In this document: positions 35,275 through 44,663 of the stretch, in pieces
Position numbering within the stretch: position 1 is the stretch's first letter
Layout of the letters: each line of letters opens with the position of its first letter
NCBI GenBank assembly: GCA_944372095.1
Contig: CALVYG010000003.1
Coordinates: 21,347 to 85,346, forward strand
Direction: 5' to 3'
Origin: an uncultured Clostridia bacterium
GTDB lineage: Bacteria; Bacillota; Clostridia; Christensenellales; DTU072
Length of the DNA: 64,000 nt
Made by a program: the position numbers and the translations under genes
Notes under the pieces: generated by a model
The model's database searches: none
Told to the model about the DNA's origin: nothing
Seen by the model: only the letters and a program-made list of their open reading frames with translations

Positions 35275-37038
35275 TCACTCTACATCCTGCAAAGCAGCAT
35301 ATCCCTCTTCTCCCGTACGCACCTTAACCACATTTTCAACGTCGTAAACAAATATTTTTCCGTCTCCTATATGTCCGGTGTAAAGAACTTTTTTCGCAGT
35401 CTCTATTACCTCTCTCACAGGCACTTTGCTTACTACGATATCAACTTGTATTTTAGGAAGCAAAGTAGGTTCGACCTTGACTCCTCTGTAATATTCAGGT
35501 TGTCCTTTTTGGGCTCCGCAACCCATAACATGAGATACCGTCATTCCCGTAATACCGATTTTCATCATAGCGTCTTTCAGACTTTCGAGCATACGCTCCC
35601 TGCACACTATTTCCACTTTTGTAAATTTCGGTCCGTTGCTTCCACTTTCGGCAAAGACCGGCTCTCTTCTCACTTCCACCGCTTCGGATACGGGTACGTC
35701 TCCGCTTACCGTAATAGCTTCCGGATATGCTACGTTTTCAACCGCAGGAACGAAATCCGCATATGCGCTCGGCAATCCGTGTTCGGTTATATCCAGCCCT
35801 CTGAGTTCTTCTTCTTCGCTGACTCTGAGCCCTATTGTTTTCTTTATTACAAAAAATATAAGCGTCATTGTTCCTATCGTCCATGCGAGTATACAGATTA
35901 TACCTAATAGCTGAATTCCGAAAACTTTCATCCCTTCCGCAAAACTCGTTCCGTGGATAAGCGCGTATATAGGTCCGTCTATTCCTGCCGCTGACGTTGA
36001 CGTAGCGAACAATCCGGCTGCCAGCGTTCCCCATACTCCGTTGACAAGATGCACCGCCACAGCACCGACAGGGTCGTCAATATGCAGCTTTACGTCAACA
36101 ACTATTACGGCTACGACGACAAGTATCCCGGATACGATTCCTATAATAAGCGAGCCGACCATGTCGATTGCATTGCACCCTGCGGTAACGGCAACCAATC
36201 CGGCAAGAGACGCGTTAAGACACATTGATACATCGGGTTTTTTGTTTTTAATCCAGGTATATATCATGCAAACTACCGTTGACGTTGCAGGCGCTATTGT
36301 AGTCGTTGCAAATATCTGAGCAAGTTCCGTTCCGCTTTTTGCCGCAGCTCCGTTGAATCCGTACCAGCCAAACCACAGAATAAATACTCCCAACGCTCCC
36401 AGCGGTATGGAATGTCCCGGAAATGCGTTTACTTTTGTTACTTTGCCTTCGGAATTTCTAATGTACTTTCCTATTCTCGGTCCGACCATTATTGCTCCTA
36501 TAAGCGCTGTCACGCCGCCTACGCTGTGTATCGCGGCAGAGCCGGCAAAATCTATGAATCCCATTTGGGCCAGCCAGCCTCCGCCCCATACCCAGTGCGC
36601 TTCTATCGGATATACGACCAAGCTTATCATAAACGAATAAATGCAATACGAAAGAAATTTTGTTCTTTCGGCCATTGCTCCCGAAACTATCGTTGCGGCT
36701 GTTGCACAGAATACAAGGTTAAACACAAAAGTTGACCAATCGTAATTTTCAAAATCCGTCAGCATCCCGGCTGTCGGCGCTCCCAAAAATCCTCCGAGCG
36801 CGTCTGCCCCAAACAACAATCCCGCTCCGAGAACTATAAACGCTATTGTTCCTATGCAGAAATCCATCAGGTTTTTCATTATTATGTTACCGGCGTTTTT
36901 TGCGCGGGTGAATCCGGTTTCCACCATTGCAAACCCTGCCTGCATAAAGAACACCAATGCCGCGCCTATTAAAAACCATATCCCGAACGCTGTGTCCGTA
37001 ACTTGTTTCTCTATAAATTCCACAATATCGTTTGACAT
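35275..37038 (-). CDS. amt: Ammonium transporter (Amt family) fused to a C-terminal P-II (GlnB/GlnK-like) domain
   Basis: Amt core: FAMVETGFTRAKNA, AIHSVGGVTALIGAIMVGPR, AVHLVNGVWGTL. The last ~115 aa read FTKVEIVCRERMLESLKDAMMKIGITGMTVSHVMGCGAQKGQPEYYRGVKV...GDGKIFVYDVENVVKVRTGE, which is a P-II fold signature including the T-loop. Confidence 0.9.
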   Translation of the reverse strand: MSNDIVEFIEKQVTDTAFGIWFLIGAALVFFMQAGFAMVETGFTRAKNAGNIIMKNLMDFCIGTIAFIVLGAGLLFGADALGGFLGAPTAGMLTDFENYDWSTFVFNLVFCATAATIVSGAMAERTKFLSYCIYSFMISLVVYPIEAHWVWGGGWLAQMGFIDFAGSAAIHSVGGVTALIGAIMVGPRIGKYIRNSEGKVTKVNAFPGHSIPLGALGVFILWFGWYGFNGAAAKSGTELAQIFATTTIAPATSTVVCMIYTWIKNKKPDVSMCLNASLAGLVAVTAGCNAIDMVGSLIIGIVSGILVVVAVIVVDVKLHIDDPVGAVAVHLVNGVWGTLAAGLFATSTSAAGIDGPIYALIHGTSFAEGMKVFGIQLLGIICILAWTIGTMTLIFFVIKKTIGLRVSEEEELRGLDITEHGLPSAYADFVPAVENVAYPEAITVSGDVPVSEAVEVRREPVFAESGSNGPKFTKVEIVCRERMLESLKDAMMKIGITGMTVSHVMGCGAQKGQPEYYRGVKVEPTLLPKIQVDIVVSKVPVREVIETAKKVLYTGHIGDGKIFVYDVENVVKVRTGEEGYAALQDVE

Positions 37039-37077
37039 TTTTTTAATCCTCCTTTTATTTCTTAACGTTGGTTCATT

Positions 37078-39165
37078 TTATACCGAAAATAACAATTCCC
37101 CGTACGAAGGCATCGGCCAGTATTCTTTTGCGGTTATCGTTTCAAGTTCGTCGCCGTACGAACGTATTTTTTCCATTGTCGGAATTATGCTGTCCTTGCA
37201 AAATCTTGACAGCTCTTCATAACCCATATCTTTTGCCGTTGCTATCAATCCTTTCAATACGCCTGTTTCATCGTATAGTTTCCCGCTCAACGCGGCAATC
37301 TTTGAAACGATACTCTTTTCGTATCCGCAATCTGCGTCGGCAATGAGTTGTTTTTTCGCAATCGCCGCAGATGACAATTCTTTCGAATAAGCGGTAACCG
37401 CAGGTAAAATATCTTTTGACGCAATATCAAGCATTGTAAGCGCTTCGATATTGATTACTTTGCAATAGTTTTCCAACGCAATTTCGTACCTTGCGCGCGC
37501 CTCGTTCGGGGTAAACACTCCGTGCGTCGAGAACAGTTTCAGATTTTTTTCGGAAACGTAGTACGGTAATGCGTCGGGAGTCGTTTTCAGGTTAAGTAAA
37601 TCCCTTCTTTCAGCCTCTGCTATCCACTCTTCGTCATAGCCGTTTCCGTTGAATATAATTCTCTTATGTTCTTTGATTACCCTCTTTATCAGCGAGTCCA
37701 ACGCAATGCGGAAATCTGTTGCGCTTTCCAGTTCATCGGCAAACTGCCTCAGTTCCTCCGCTACCGCCGTATTCAGAATTATATTTGCACATGATATTGA
37801 CGCGGCGGACCCCAGCATACGGAATTCAAACTTGTTTCCGGTAAACGCAAACGGTGAAGTCCTGTTTCTGTCTGTTGCGTCTTTCGGGAATTTCGGCAAG
37901 ACGTCAACTCCTATTTTCATCTGCACTTTTCCCTTGGACTTATAATCCTTTCCCGATTCGATTGCATTAAGTATTCCTTCCAGTTCGTCGCCGAGGAAAA
38001 TAGATACTATCGCAGGGGGAGCCTCGTTTGCTCCCAATCTGTGGTCGTTTCCTGCCGATGCCACCGATATTCTCAACAAATCCTGATATTCGTCAACGGC
38101 TTTTATTACCGCACATAAAAATATTAAAAATTGTGCGTTTTCATACGGCGTATCCCCGGGTTCGAGTAAGTTTATTCCCGTATCGGTGGATATCGACCAG
38201 TTATTATGTTTTCCGCTTCCGTTTACTCCTTCAAACGGCTTTTCGTGCAACAGACATACCAGTCCGTGTTTTTTTGCCGTTTTCTGCATTATTTCCATTG
38301 TAAGCTGATTATGGTCTGTTGCTATATTCGTCGTTGCGAATATCGGCGCCAATTCGTGCTGTGCGGGAGATACTTCGTTATGTTCCGTTTTAGCAAGTAT
38401 TCCGAGTTTCCACAGTTCTACGTTAAGTTCGTTCATGAACGCCTGTACTCTCGGCTTAATCGTTCCGAAATAGTGGTCTTCAAGCTCCTGTCCCTTCGGC
38501 GCCATCGCTCCGAACAATGTCCTTCCGGTAAATATCAAGTCTTTCCTTTTTTCGTATAACGCTCTGTCTATCAAAAAATATTCCTGTTCGGGACCGACCG
38601 TAGTCTTTACGCTCGTTACGTTGCTGTTTCCGAAAAGTTTAAGTACCCGTAATGCCTGTTTGTTGATTGCTTCCATTGACCTTAAAAGCGGAGTCTTCTT
38701 ATCCAGAGCTTCTCCTCCGTAAGCGCAGAACGCCGTAGGAATACATAAACATTTGTCTTTTATAAACGCATAGCTTGTCGGGTCCCAGGCAGTATACCCT
38801 CTCGCTTCAAATGTTGCCCTCAATCCTCCGGACGGAAAACTCGATGCGTCGGGCTCGCCCTTTACAAGTTCTTTCCCGCTGAATTCCATTATTACTCCGC
38901 CCTCTTTTGTGGGCGATATGAAACTGTCGTGTTTTTCGGCGGTTATTCCGGTCATCGGCTGGAACCAATGCGTATAATGCGTCGCACCCTTTTCCGTTGC
39001 CCAATCCTTCATTGCGTTCGCAACCACGTTTGCCACCGATATGTCAAGCGGTTTCCCTTCTTTTATTGTTTTCTGCATTGCTTTGTAAGTGTCTTTGGGG
39101 AGTCTCTCTTTCATCACGGAATCCCCGAATACCATCGAACCGAATAATTCCGAAATCTGTGCCAT
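37078..39165 (-). CDS. glnN: Glutamine synthetase, type III
   Basis: 695 aa. The N-terminus [34 protein letters not shown] is typical of GS-III, as are [16 protein letters not shown] and [29 protein letters not shown]. Confidence 0.9.
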   Translation of the reverse strand: MAQISELFGSMVFGDSVMKERLPKDTYKAMQKTIKEGKPLDISVANVVANAMKDWATEKGATHYTHWFQPMTGITAEKHDSFISPTKEGGVIMEFSGKELVKGEPDASSFPSGGLRATFEARGYTAWDPTSYAFIKDKCLCIPTAFCAYGGEALDKKTPLLRSMEAINKQALRVLKLFGNSNVTSVKTTVGPEQEYFLIDRALYEKRKDLIFTGRTLFGAMAPKGQELEDHYFGTIKPRVQAFMNELNVELWKLGILAKTEHNEVSPAQHELAPIFATTNIATDHNQLTMEIMQKTAKKHGLVCLLHEKPFEGVNGSGKHNNWSISTDTGINLLEPGDTPYENAQFLIFLCAVIKAVDEYQDLLRISVASAGNDHRLGANEAPPAIVSIFLGDELEGILNAIESGKDYKSKGKVQMKIGVDVLPKFPKDATDRNRTSPFAFTGNKFEFRMLGSAASISCANIILNTAVAEELRQFADELESATDFRIALDSLIKRVIKEHKRIIFNGNGYDEEWIAEAERRDLLNLKTTPDALPYYVSEKNLKLFSTHGVFTPNEARARYEIALENYCKVINIEALTMLDIASKDILPAVTAYSKELSSAAIAKKQLIADADCGYEKSIVSKIAALSGKLYDETGVLKGLIATAKDMGYEELSRFCKDSIIPTMEKIRSYGDELETITAKEYWPMPSYGELLFSV

Positions 39166-39202
39166 TTTTCTTTTCTCCTTTCATTGCTTTTATTTTGCAA
39201 AC

Positions 39203-39243
39203 AAAAAAAGCGCCACGGACTCTCCGTCCGCAGCGCCTTTGCT
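39203..39243 (-). terminator. Leader (attenuator) terminator between the glnN promoter and the glnN start, with an overlapping small AAAGGC-loop hairpin
   Basis: Minus strand reads AGC-AAAGGC-GCU (39243-39232), overlapping AGGCGCUGCGGAC-GGAGA-GUCCGUGGCGCUU followed by U7. It lies about 35 nt upstream of the SD. Confidence 0.65.
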
Positions 39244-39256
39244 GTTATTTGCCCAC

Positions 39257-39285
39257 AGTATAGCACCCTCATTTTTCGTTGTCAA
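39257..39285 (-). promoter_or_regulatory. Sigma-A-type promoter of the glnN / amt-PII / asnB operon
   Basis: Minus strand reads TTGACA (39285-39280), then 17 nt, then TATACT (39262-39257). Confidence 0.6.
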
Positions 39286-39527
39286 GCATTTTTATCGATT
39301 TTTTTTGCTCGCTTTTTGCTGTTTTCTCCACTTTTACTTGTTGAATATACTTATTTTTATTTTAATTCATATTTTCAATGATACTTATTATATTATTTTA
39401 TTAAACTAGTTGATTAAGCTTTTTTGAAAATTTTTTTTCTTTTTTTTATCCGTATTCGTCTTTCAGTCCGGTCCGTCTTTGCAAAAAAATTATGAATACC
39501 GTTATGGAAAAATTTTTTCTCAAACAC

Positions 39528-39556
39528 TTGACAACGCTTTTTACGAGTGTTATATT
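39528..39556 (+). promoter_or_regulatory. Sigma-A-type promoter of the glutamate-synthase operon
   Basis: TTGACA (39528-39533), then 17 nt, then TATATT (39551-39556). Confidence 0.6.
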
Positions 39557-39562
39557 AAACGG

Positions 39563-39619
39563 GAACAAAGACGTTCGCATGATAAGCGGTAGTGTCCGCT
39601 TGGTGCGGACGTTTTTTTT
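39563..39619 (+). promoter_or_regulatory. Leader attenuator: two short hairpins followed by an overlapping intrinsic terminator (candidate ANTAR target)
   Basis: P1 is GAAC-AAAGAC-GUUC (39563-39576). P2 is AAGCGG-UAGUGU-CCGCUU (39584-39601). The terminator is GUCCGC-UUGGU-GCGGAC followed by U8 (39594-39619). The P2 3' arm shares bases with the terminator 5' arm. Confidence 0.6.
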
Positions 39620-39639
39620 ATTTTGTTGGAGATACGCTT

Positions 39640-40725
39640 ATGTTGGAAGGTCAATTCAGAAATCCGTCGGGATGCGCTATAAGCGCCATATTCGATAAAT
39701 CGGGGAAAAGATTCAGCGGCGACGCTATTATATCTTCTATTTCCGTTATGCACGAACGCAGCAACGGGCTCGGCGGAGGGTTCGCTTGTTACGGAATTTA
39801 TCCCGAATATAAAGATTATTATGCGTTTCATATTTTTTACGATTCCGTTCAGTCCAAGCGCGATTGCGAAGACTACCTTGAAGATTTGTACGATATTGTA
39901 AATCTCAGCAAAATCCCCACAAGAAAAATAAAAGAAATTACCGACGAACCTCTTATTATGCGGTATTTCGTCGCTCCTTTGAAAACAAAACTCGACAGCT
40001 TTCAACTGGGTGAAGAAGAATATGTTTCGCGCAGCGTGTTCCATATAAACACTCATATAAAAGGAGCGTATATTTTTTCTTCCGGTAAAAATATGGGAAT
40101 ATTCAAAGCGGTCGGGTACCCCGAAGACGTAGGCAGATTTTACATGCTTGAAAATTACGAAGGATATTGTTTTACCGCGCACGGCAGGTATCCGACAAAT
40201 ACCCCCGGTTGGTGGGGCGGCGCACATCCGTTCGGATTACTGTCCCTTTCCGTTGTTCATAACGGCGAAATTTCTTCCTATGACGCAAACAGAAGCGCAA
40301 TGGAAACTTACGGCTATAAATGCACTCTCCTGACGGATACGGAAGTTATTACCTATATTATTGACTATCTCACGCGTAAAAAGGGCCTCACGTTTTCGGA
40401 AGCGGCAACGGTTATGGCTGCTCCGTTCTGGCAAACCATCGAGCGCGCAGAAAAAAAGGAAAGAGAACGCCTTACATATCTGAGAAATATTTTCGCCTCG
40501 CAACTTGTAACCGGACCGTTCTCAATTCTTGTCGGATTTGACGGCGGAATAATGGCGCTTAACGACCGGCTTAAACTCCGTTCGCTTGTCGCCGCGGAAA
40601 AGGGTTCGCGCGTTTATATCGCAAGCGAAGAATGCGCTATCAGAAAAGTCGAGCCTTCCCCGGATAAAATAATTTATCCGAAAGGCGGCGAACCTGTTAT
40701 CTATACTTTGGAGGCGCAACAATGA
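39640..40725 (+). CDS. Class-II glutamine amidotransferase subunit of split (archaeal-type) glutamate synthase
   Basis: ATG 39640 follows GGAGAT; the track start 39592 would overlap the leader terminator. Motifs: PSGCAISAIF...HERSNGLGGGFA, FTAHGRYPTNTPGWWGGAHPF, VVHNGEISSY. Confidence 0.85.
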   Translation: MLEGQFRNPSGCAISAIFDKSGKRFSGDAIISSISVMHERSNGLGGGFACYGIYPEYKDYYAFHIFYDSVQSKRDCEDYLEDLYDIVNLSKIPTRKIKEITDEPLIMRYFVAPLKTKLDSFQLGEEEYVSRSVFHINTHIKGAYIFSSGKNMGIFKAVGYPEDVGRFYMLENYEGYCFTAHGRYPTNTPGWWGGAHPFGLLSLSVVHNGEISSYDANRSAMETYGYKCTLLTDTEVITYIIDYLTRKKGLTFSEAATVMAAPFWQTIERAEKKERERLTYLRNIFASQLVTGPFSILVGFDGGIMALNDRLKLRSLVAAEKGSRVYIASEECAIRKVEPSPDKIIYPKGGEPVIYTLEAQQ

Positions 40726-42236
40726 TTAATTACGGCGTAAATTTATTTGAAGTAGTAAGAAATTATGACAAGTGCATAAATTGCAGAGTCTGTGAAAGAC
40801 AATGCGCCAATCACGTTCACCGCTTGGGGACAAGTTACGACGGCAAAAATCAGAAAATGTTTTCCGACAGTTCTTTATGCGTAAATTGCCAAAGGTGCGT
40901 TTGTCTGTGCCCTGTCGGCGCCCTTAAAATTACGGAAAACGAAAACAAGTTCCGTTCCAATTCAAACTGGCAAATGCGATATCTTACGGAAATATACAAG
41001 CAAGCCGAAACAGGCGGAGTTTTACTTTCGTCTATGGGCAACCCCGAACCTTTTCCCGTATACTTTGATAAAATTCTGCTCAACGCGTCCCAGGTAACCA
41101 ATCCGTCAATCGACCCGCTCAGAGAACCTATGGAAACAAGAGTTTTCTTAGGTTCACGTCCGCAGGAAATACGGCGCGGCGACGACGGAAAAATTATTCC
41201 GGTAAAACCGTTGCAATTATCCCTTTCCATGCCGATGATGTTCTCAGCAATGAGCTACGGCTCGATAAGCTATAACGCCCACGCATCCCTTGCCCGCGCG
41301 GCGGAAAAACTCGGAATTTACTACAATACGGGCGAAGGCGGACTGCACGAAGATTTTTATAAGTACGGAAAAAATACGATTGTTCAGGTTGCCTCGGGCA
41401 GATTCGGTGTTCATAAGGATTATCTCAGTAGCGGCGCAGCGATAGAAATTAAAATCGGTCAAGGCGCAAAACCGGGTATAGGCGGACACCTTCCCGGCGC
41501 AAAGATAGTCGGAGACGTTTCGCGAACGCGTATGATTCCGGAAGGCTCCGACGCCGTATCTCCCGCTCCGCATCACGACATATATTCAATAGAAGACTTA
41601 CGTCAGCTCGTTTATTCTATCAAAGAAGCAACAGGATATACTAAACCCGTAATAGTAAAAATAGCCGCCGTTCACAATGTTGCGGCAATCGCAAGCGGAA
41701 TAGCGAGAAGCGGAGCCGATATAATCGCAATCGACGGATTCCGAGGCGGTACCGGCGCCGCTCCGACGAGAATCAGAGATAACGTCGGTATCCCTATCGA
41801 ACTTGCTCTTGCAAGCGTTGACGCACGTCTGAGAGAAGAGAAAATCCGCGACAACGTCTCCATCGTCTGTGCCGGCAGTATCCGATGCAGCGCAGATATC
41901 GTTAAAGCCGTCTGTTTAGGCGCGGACGCCGTATACCTCGGAACCGCCGCGCTCGTCGCTATGGGATGCCATTTATGCAGAACTTGCAATTTGGGTAACT
42001 GTAACTGGGGTATTGCTACCCAAAAACCTGATTTGGTTAAACGTCTTAACCCCGATATCGCTTCGGAAAGATTGGTCAATCTGCTTACGGGATGGAACCA
42101 CGAGATTCAGGAGATGATGGGCGGTATGGGTATAAACTCAATTGAAAGTCTGCGCGGTAACCGTCTTATGCTGCGCGGCGTCGGACTTAACGAAAAAGAA
42201 TTATCCGTTCTCGGTATTAAACACGCCGGTGAATAA
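40722..42236 (+). CDS. Glutamate synthase FMN-binding (GltB domain 2-like) subunit with N-terminal 2x[4Fe-4S] ferredoxin domain
   Basis: CINCRVCERQC and CVNCQRCVCLCP; MMFSAMSYGSISYNAHASLARAAEKLGIYYNTGEGGL; IKIGQGAKPGIGGHLPG. ATGA overlap with the upstream gene. Confidence 0.85.
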   Translation: MINYGVNLFEVVRNYDKCINCRVCERQCANHVHRLGTSYDGKNQKMFSDSSLCVNCQRCVCLCPVGALKITENENKFRSNSNWQMRYLTEIYKQAETGGVLLSSMGNPEPFPVYFDKILLNASQVTNPSIDPLREPMETRVFLGSRPQEIRRGDDGKIIPVKPLQLSLSMPMMFSAMSYGSISYNAHASLARAAEKLGIYYNTGEGGLHEDFYKYGKNTIVQVASGRFGVHKDYLSSGAAIEIKIGQGAKPGIGGHLPGAKIVGDVSRTRMIPEGSDAVSPAPHHDIYSIEDLRQLVYSIKEATGYTKPVIVKIAAVHNVAAIASGIARSGADIIAIDGFRGGTGAAPTRIRDNVGIPIELALASVDARLREEKIRDNVSIVCAGSIRCSADIVKAVCLGADAVYLGTAALVAMGCHLCRTCNLGNCNWGIATQKPDLVKRLNPDIASERLVNLLTGWNHEIQEMMGGMGINSIESLRGNRLMLRGVGLNEKELSVLGIKHAGE

Positions 42237-42679
42237 TGGAGGTCGTTATGAAAAGGATTTATGTCAATGAAAAATGGTGTCTCGGCTGTCACCTGTGCGA
42301 ATATTTCTGCGTATACGCCAACAGCGGTATTTCGGATATGACGGAAGCCATAAAAAATAAACCTTTTGTGCCTCGTGTCAATGTTGAGTGTGCGGAAAAT
42401 TCGACATTCGCGGTAAATTGCCGTCAATGTGAAAATCCGATTTGCGTATCCGCCTGCATCTCGGGCGCACTGTCAAAAAACGATGACGGGATTATTACCG
42501 TAGACAAATCCAAATGCGTCGGGTGCGGAAGCTGCGTTATGGTTTGTCCTTTCGGCGCGATTTCCGTCGACGGAAACGGCGTTGCAAATAAATGCGAGCT
42601 TTGTTTTTCCAATTCGTTCGGGTCCCCGCTTTGCGTAACTCACTGCCCGAATAATGCTATTGTTTTTGAGGAGAGATAA
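42236..42679 (+). CDS. 4Fe-4S dicluster ferredoxin-domain protein
   Basis: CLGCHLCEYFC, CRQCENPICVSAC, CVGCGSCVMVCP and CELC...C clusters. TAATG overlap with the upstream gene. Confidence 0.8.
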   Translation: MEVVMKRIYVNEKWCLGCHLCEYFCVYANSGISDMTEAIKNKPFVPRVNVECAENSTFAVNCRQCENPICVSACISGALSKNDDGIITVDKSKCVGCGSCVMVCPFGAISVDGNGVANKCELCFSNSFGSPLCVTHCPNNAIVFEER

Positions 42680-42680
42680 T

Positions 42681-43907
42681 ATGAAATACGTTCTTATCGG
42701 AGGCTCTATCGCTTGCTACGGCGCTATAATCGGTATTAAAAGTCTGGATAAAAACGCCGACATTACCGTTTTCGGCGATGAAAATTCACCGCTTTATTCT
42801 CGTCCGCTTATATCGTATTTCCTCGAAGGTAAGACTTCGAAAGAAAATCTTGCTTTTCGCGGTGCCGATTTTTATTGCAAAAACGGCGTTAATAATTTAT
42901 CATATAAGATAACGGCAATAAATCCCGAATTGAAGACGGTAAAGGCGGAAAACGGTAAAAATTATCCGTACGATAAACTGTTTTTCGGAACAGGCTCCCG
43001 TCCGTTCGTTCCGCCGATACAGGGACTTGAAAAAGTTAAAAACAAAACTTGTTTTTACACTGCCGACGACGCTTTCAGATTAAAAAAGACGCTGAATGCC
43101 GACTCGCGTCTGCTGATTGTCGGAGCGGGACTCATCGGACTTAAATGCGCGGAAGGTTGTTACCATATAACAAAAAATATAACCGTTATAGACCTGCAAA
43201 CAAGGGTTCTTCCCACCGCCACTACCCCGAAGGTCGCACGGATACTTGAAAACGTTTTAACGGAAAAAGGGATTACTCAACGTCTTGGCGTAAGCGTAAA
43301 TTCTTTTGAAGAAAACTCCGCTGTTCTGTCAACGGGAGAAAAAATTCCGTTTGATGTCGTAGTTCTCGCAATGGGCGTCCGTCCCGTTACAGAACCTCTT
43401 GCGTCAGCCGGCGCTCTGACTTCACGGGGGATAATCGTTGACGAGTATATGCGAACTTCTGTTCCCGACGTTTTTTCCGCAGGCGATTGCGCCGAATCTT
43501 ATGACGCGGTAAGCGGTGAAAAAAGACTTTTGCAACTTTTTCCCAGCGCATATAACGGCGGCTTGATTGCAGGTAAAAACATGGCAGGCGCAAACGAATC
43601 TTTTCTCACCGACGTTGCCTTGAACTCCACGTCTTTCTTCGGTCTCAGGTTCACGTCATGCGGCTCTTACGACGGCGAACTTATCGAAACCGAAAACGGA
43701 ACGGATTATAAGGCTTTATATATTAAAAACGGACTCCTTAACGGATATATTCTCGTAGGAAATACAGATTGCGCAGGAATATACACGAACATTATTTCAC
43801 ACCGTATTCCGCTTAAAGATACGGATAATAAACTTTTATTCGGTTCGCCGTCTCTTGCCGTATACGACGTTGCGACGCGGAATAAACTTCTTTCGGAAAA
43901 AGTGTAG
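42681..43907 (+). CDS. FAD/NAD(P)-dependent pyridine-nucleotide-disulfide-type oxidoreductase (electron-input subunit)
   Basis: ATG 42681 follows GAGGAGAG. MKYVLIGGSIACYGAI (dinucleotide fold 1), LLIVGAGLIGLKCAE (fold 2), VFSAGDCAE. Confidence 0.8.
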   Translation: MKYVLIGGSIACYGAIIGIKSLDKNADITVFGDENSPLYSRPLISYFLEGKTSKENLAFRGADFYCKNGVNNLSYKITAINPELKTVKAENGKNYPYDKLFFGTGSRPFVPPIQGLEKVKNKTCFYTADDAFRLKKTLNADSRLLIVGAGLIGLKCAEGCYHITKNITVIDLQTRVLPTATTPKVARILENVLTEKGITQRLGVSVNSFEENSAVLSTGEKIPFDVVVLAMGVRPVTEPLASAGALTSRGIIVDEYMRTSVPDVFSAGDCAESYDAVSGEKRLLQLFPSAYNGGLIAGKNMAGANESFLTDVALNSTSFFGLRFTSCGSYDGELIETENGTDYKALYIKNGLLNGYILVGNTDCAGIYTNIISHRIPLKDTDNKLLFGSPSLAVYDVATRNKLLSEKV

Positions 43908-43917
43908 GAGGCAATAA

Positions 43918-44631
43918 ATGGAAATCAGTGCAAAAAATATAACCGCAACCGACATAAACGAATTTCTGAAAACCTCAAACGAAACGGTAACACTTACCGA
44001 CGTGCTCGGAGAAAGATTTATTGCCTGCGGACTGAAAGAAAAAACCGTAAAAATTTACGGCACGCCCGGCAATGCTCTCGGAGCATATCTTGACGGAGCA
44101 ACCGTAGACGTCTTCGGAAACGGTCAGGACGCCGTAGGCGATACAATGAACGCCGGGGCAATTATTATCCGCGGAAGCGCAGGCGACGCACTCGGATACG
44201 CCATGCGCGGAGGAGAAATTTTCGTTCGCGGCGACGCCGGATACAGAATCGGCGTTCATATGAAAGAATATCATCGGAAAAAGCCGGTTATAATTATCGG
44301 CGGAACGGCGGGAAGTTTCCTCGGAGAATATATGGCGGGTGGAATTATCATAATCTTGAACCTCAATAATTCTCCTTCGCCGGTCGGAAACTTTACCGGC
44401 GTCGGTATGCACGGAGGAAAAATCTTTATCCGCGGCGCCTTAAACGCGACTCTTCCTCCGCAGGTTAAATGCGAAAAAGCTTCAACGGATGACCTTGATT
44501 CAATCAAAGGATACCTTAAATCCTTTTCAGACATATTCGGATTGGATATAAACAGTTTAACGGACGACAGCTTTTCCGTTCTTTCGCCGGATTCTACCAA
44601 TCCGTATAAACGCTTATATACAAACAATTAA
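43918..44631 (+). CDS. Glutamate synthase GXGXG-motif (GltB domain 3-like) subunit
   Basis: VDVFGNGQDAVGDTMNAGAIIIRGSAGDALGYAMRGGEIFVRGDAGYRIG...IIGGTAGSFLGEYMAGGIIII. AGGAGG SD. Confidence 0.85.
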   Translation: MEISAKNITATDINEFLKTSNETVTLTDVLGERFIACGLKEKTVKIYGTPGNALGAYLDGATVDVFGNGQDAVGDTMNAGAIIIRGSAGDALGYAMRGGEIFVRGDAGYRIGVHMKEYHRKKPVIIIGGTAGSFLGEYMAGGIIIILNLNNSPSPVGNFTGVGMHGGKIFIRGALNATLPPQVKCEKASTDDLDSIKGYLKSFSDIFGLDINSLTDDSFSVLSPDSTNPYKRLYTNN

Positions 44632-44663
44632 TTATACATACAACTTTTTTTGGAGGTTGAACA

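Noticed and set aside
35194-35907. 237-aa plus-strand ORF, plus other plus-strand ORFs at 36041-36735
   Set aside because: They are antisense to the Amt/P-II gene, whose translation carries clear family signatures.
39166-39640. A TnrA/GlnR box (TGTNAN7TNACA) or a glutamine riboswitch in the glnN / glutamate-synthase intergenic region
   Set aside because: I found no 17-bp inverted repeat of that form. The leaders are too short (~50-80 nt) for a glutamine riboswitch, and the terminator-based attenuator explanation fits better.
39550-40227. 225-aa minus-strand ORF
   Set aside because: It is antisense to the glutamine amidotransferase gene and spans the promoter and leader. It has no SD and no motifs.
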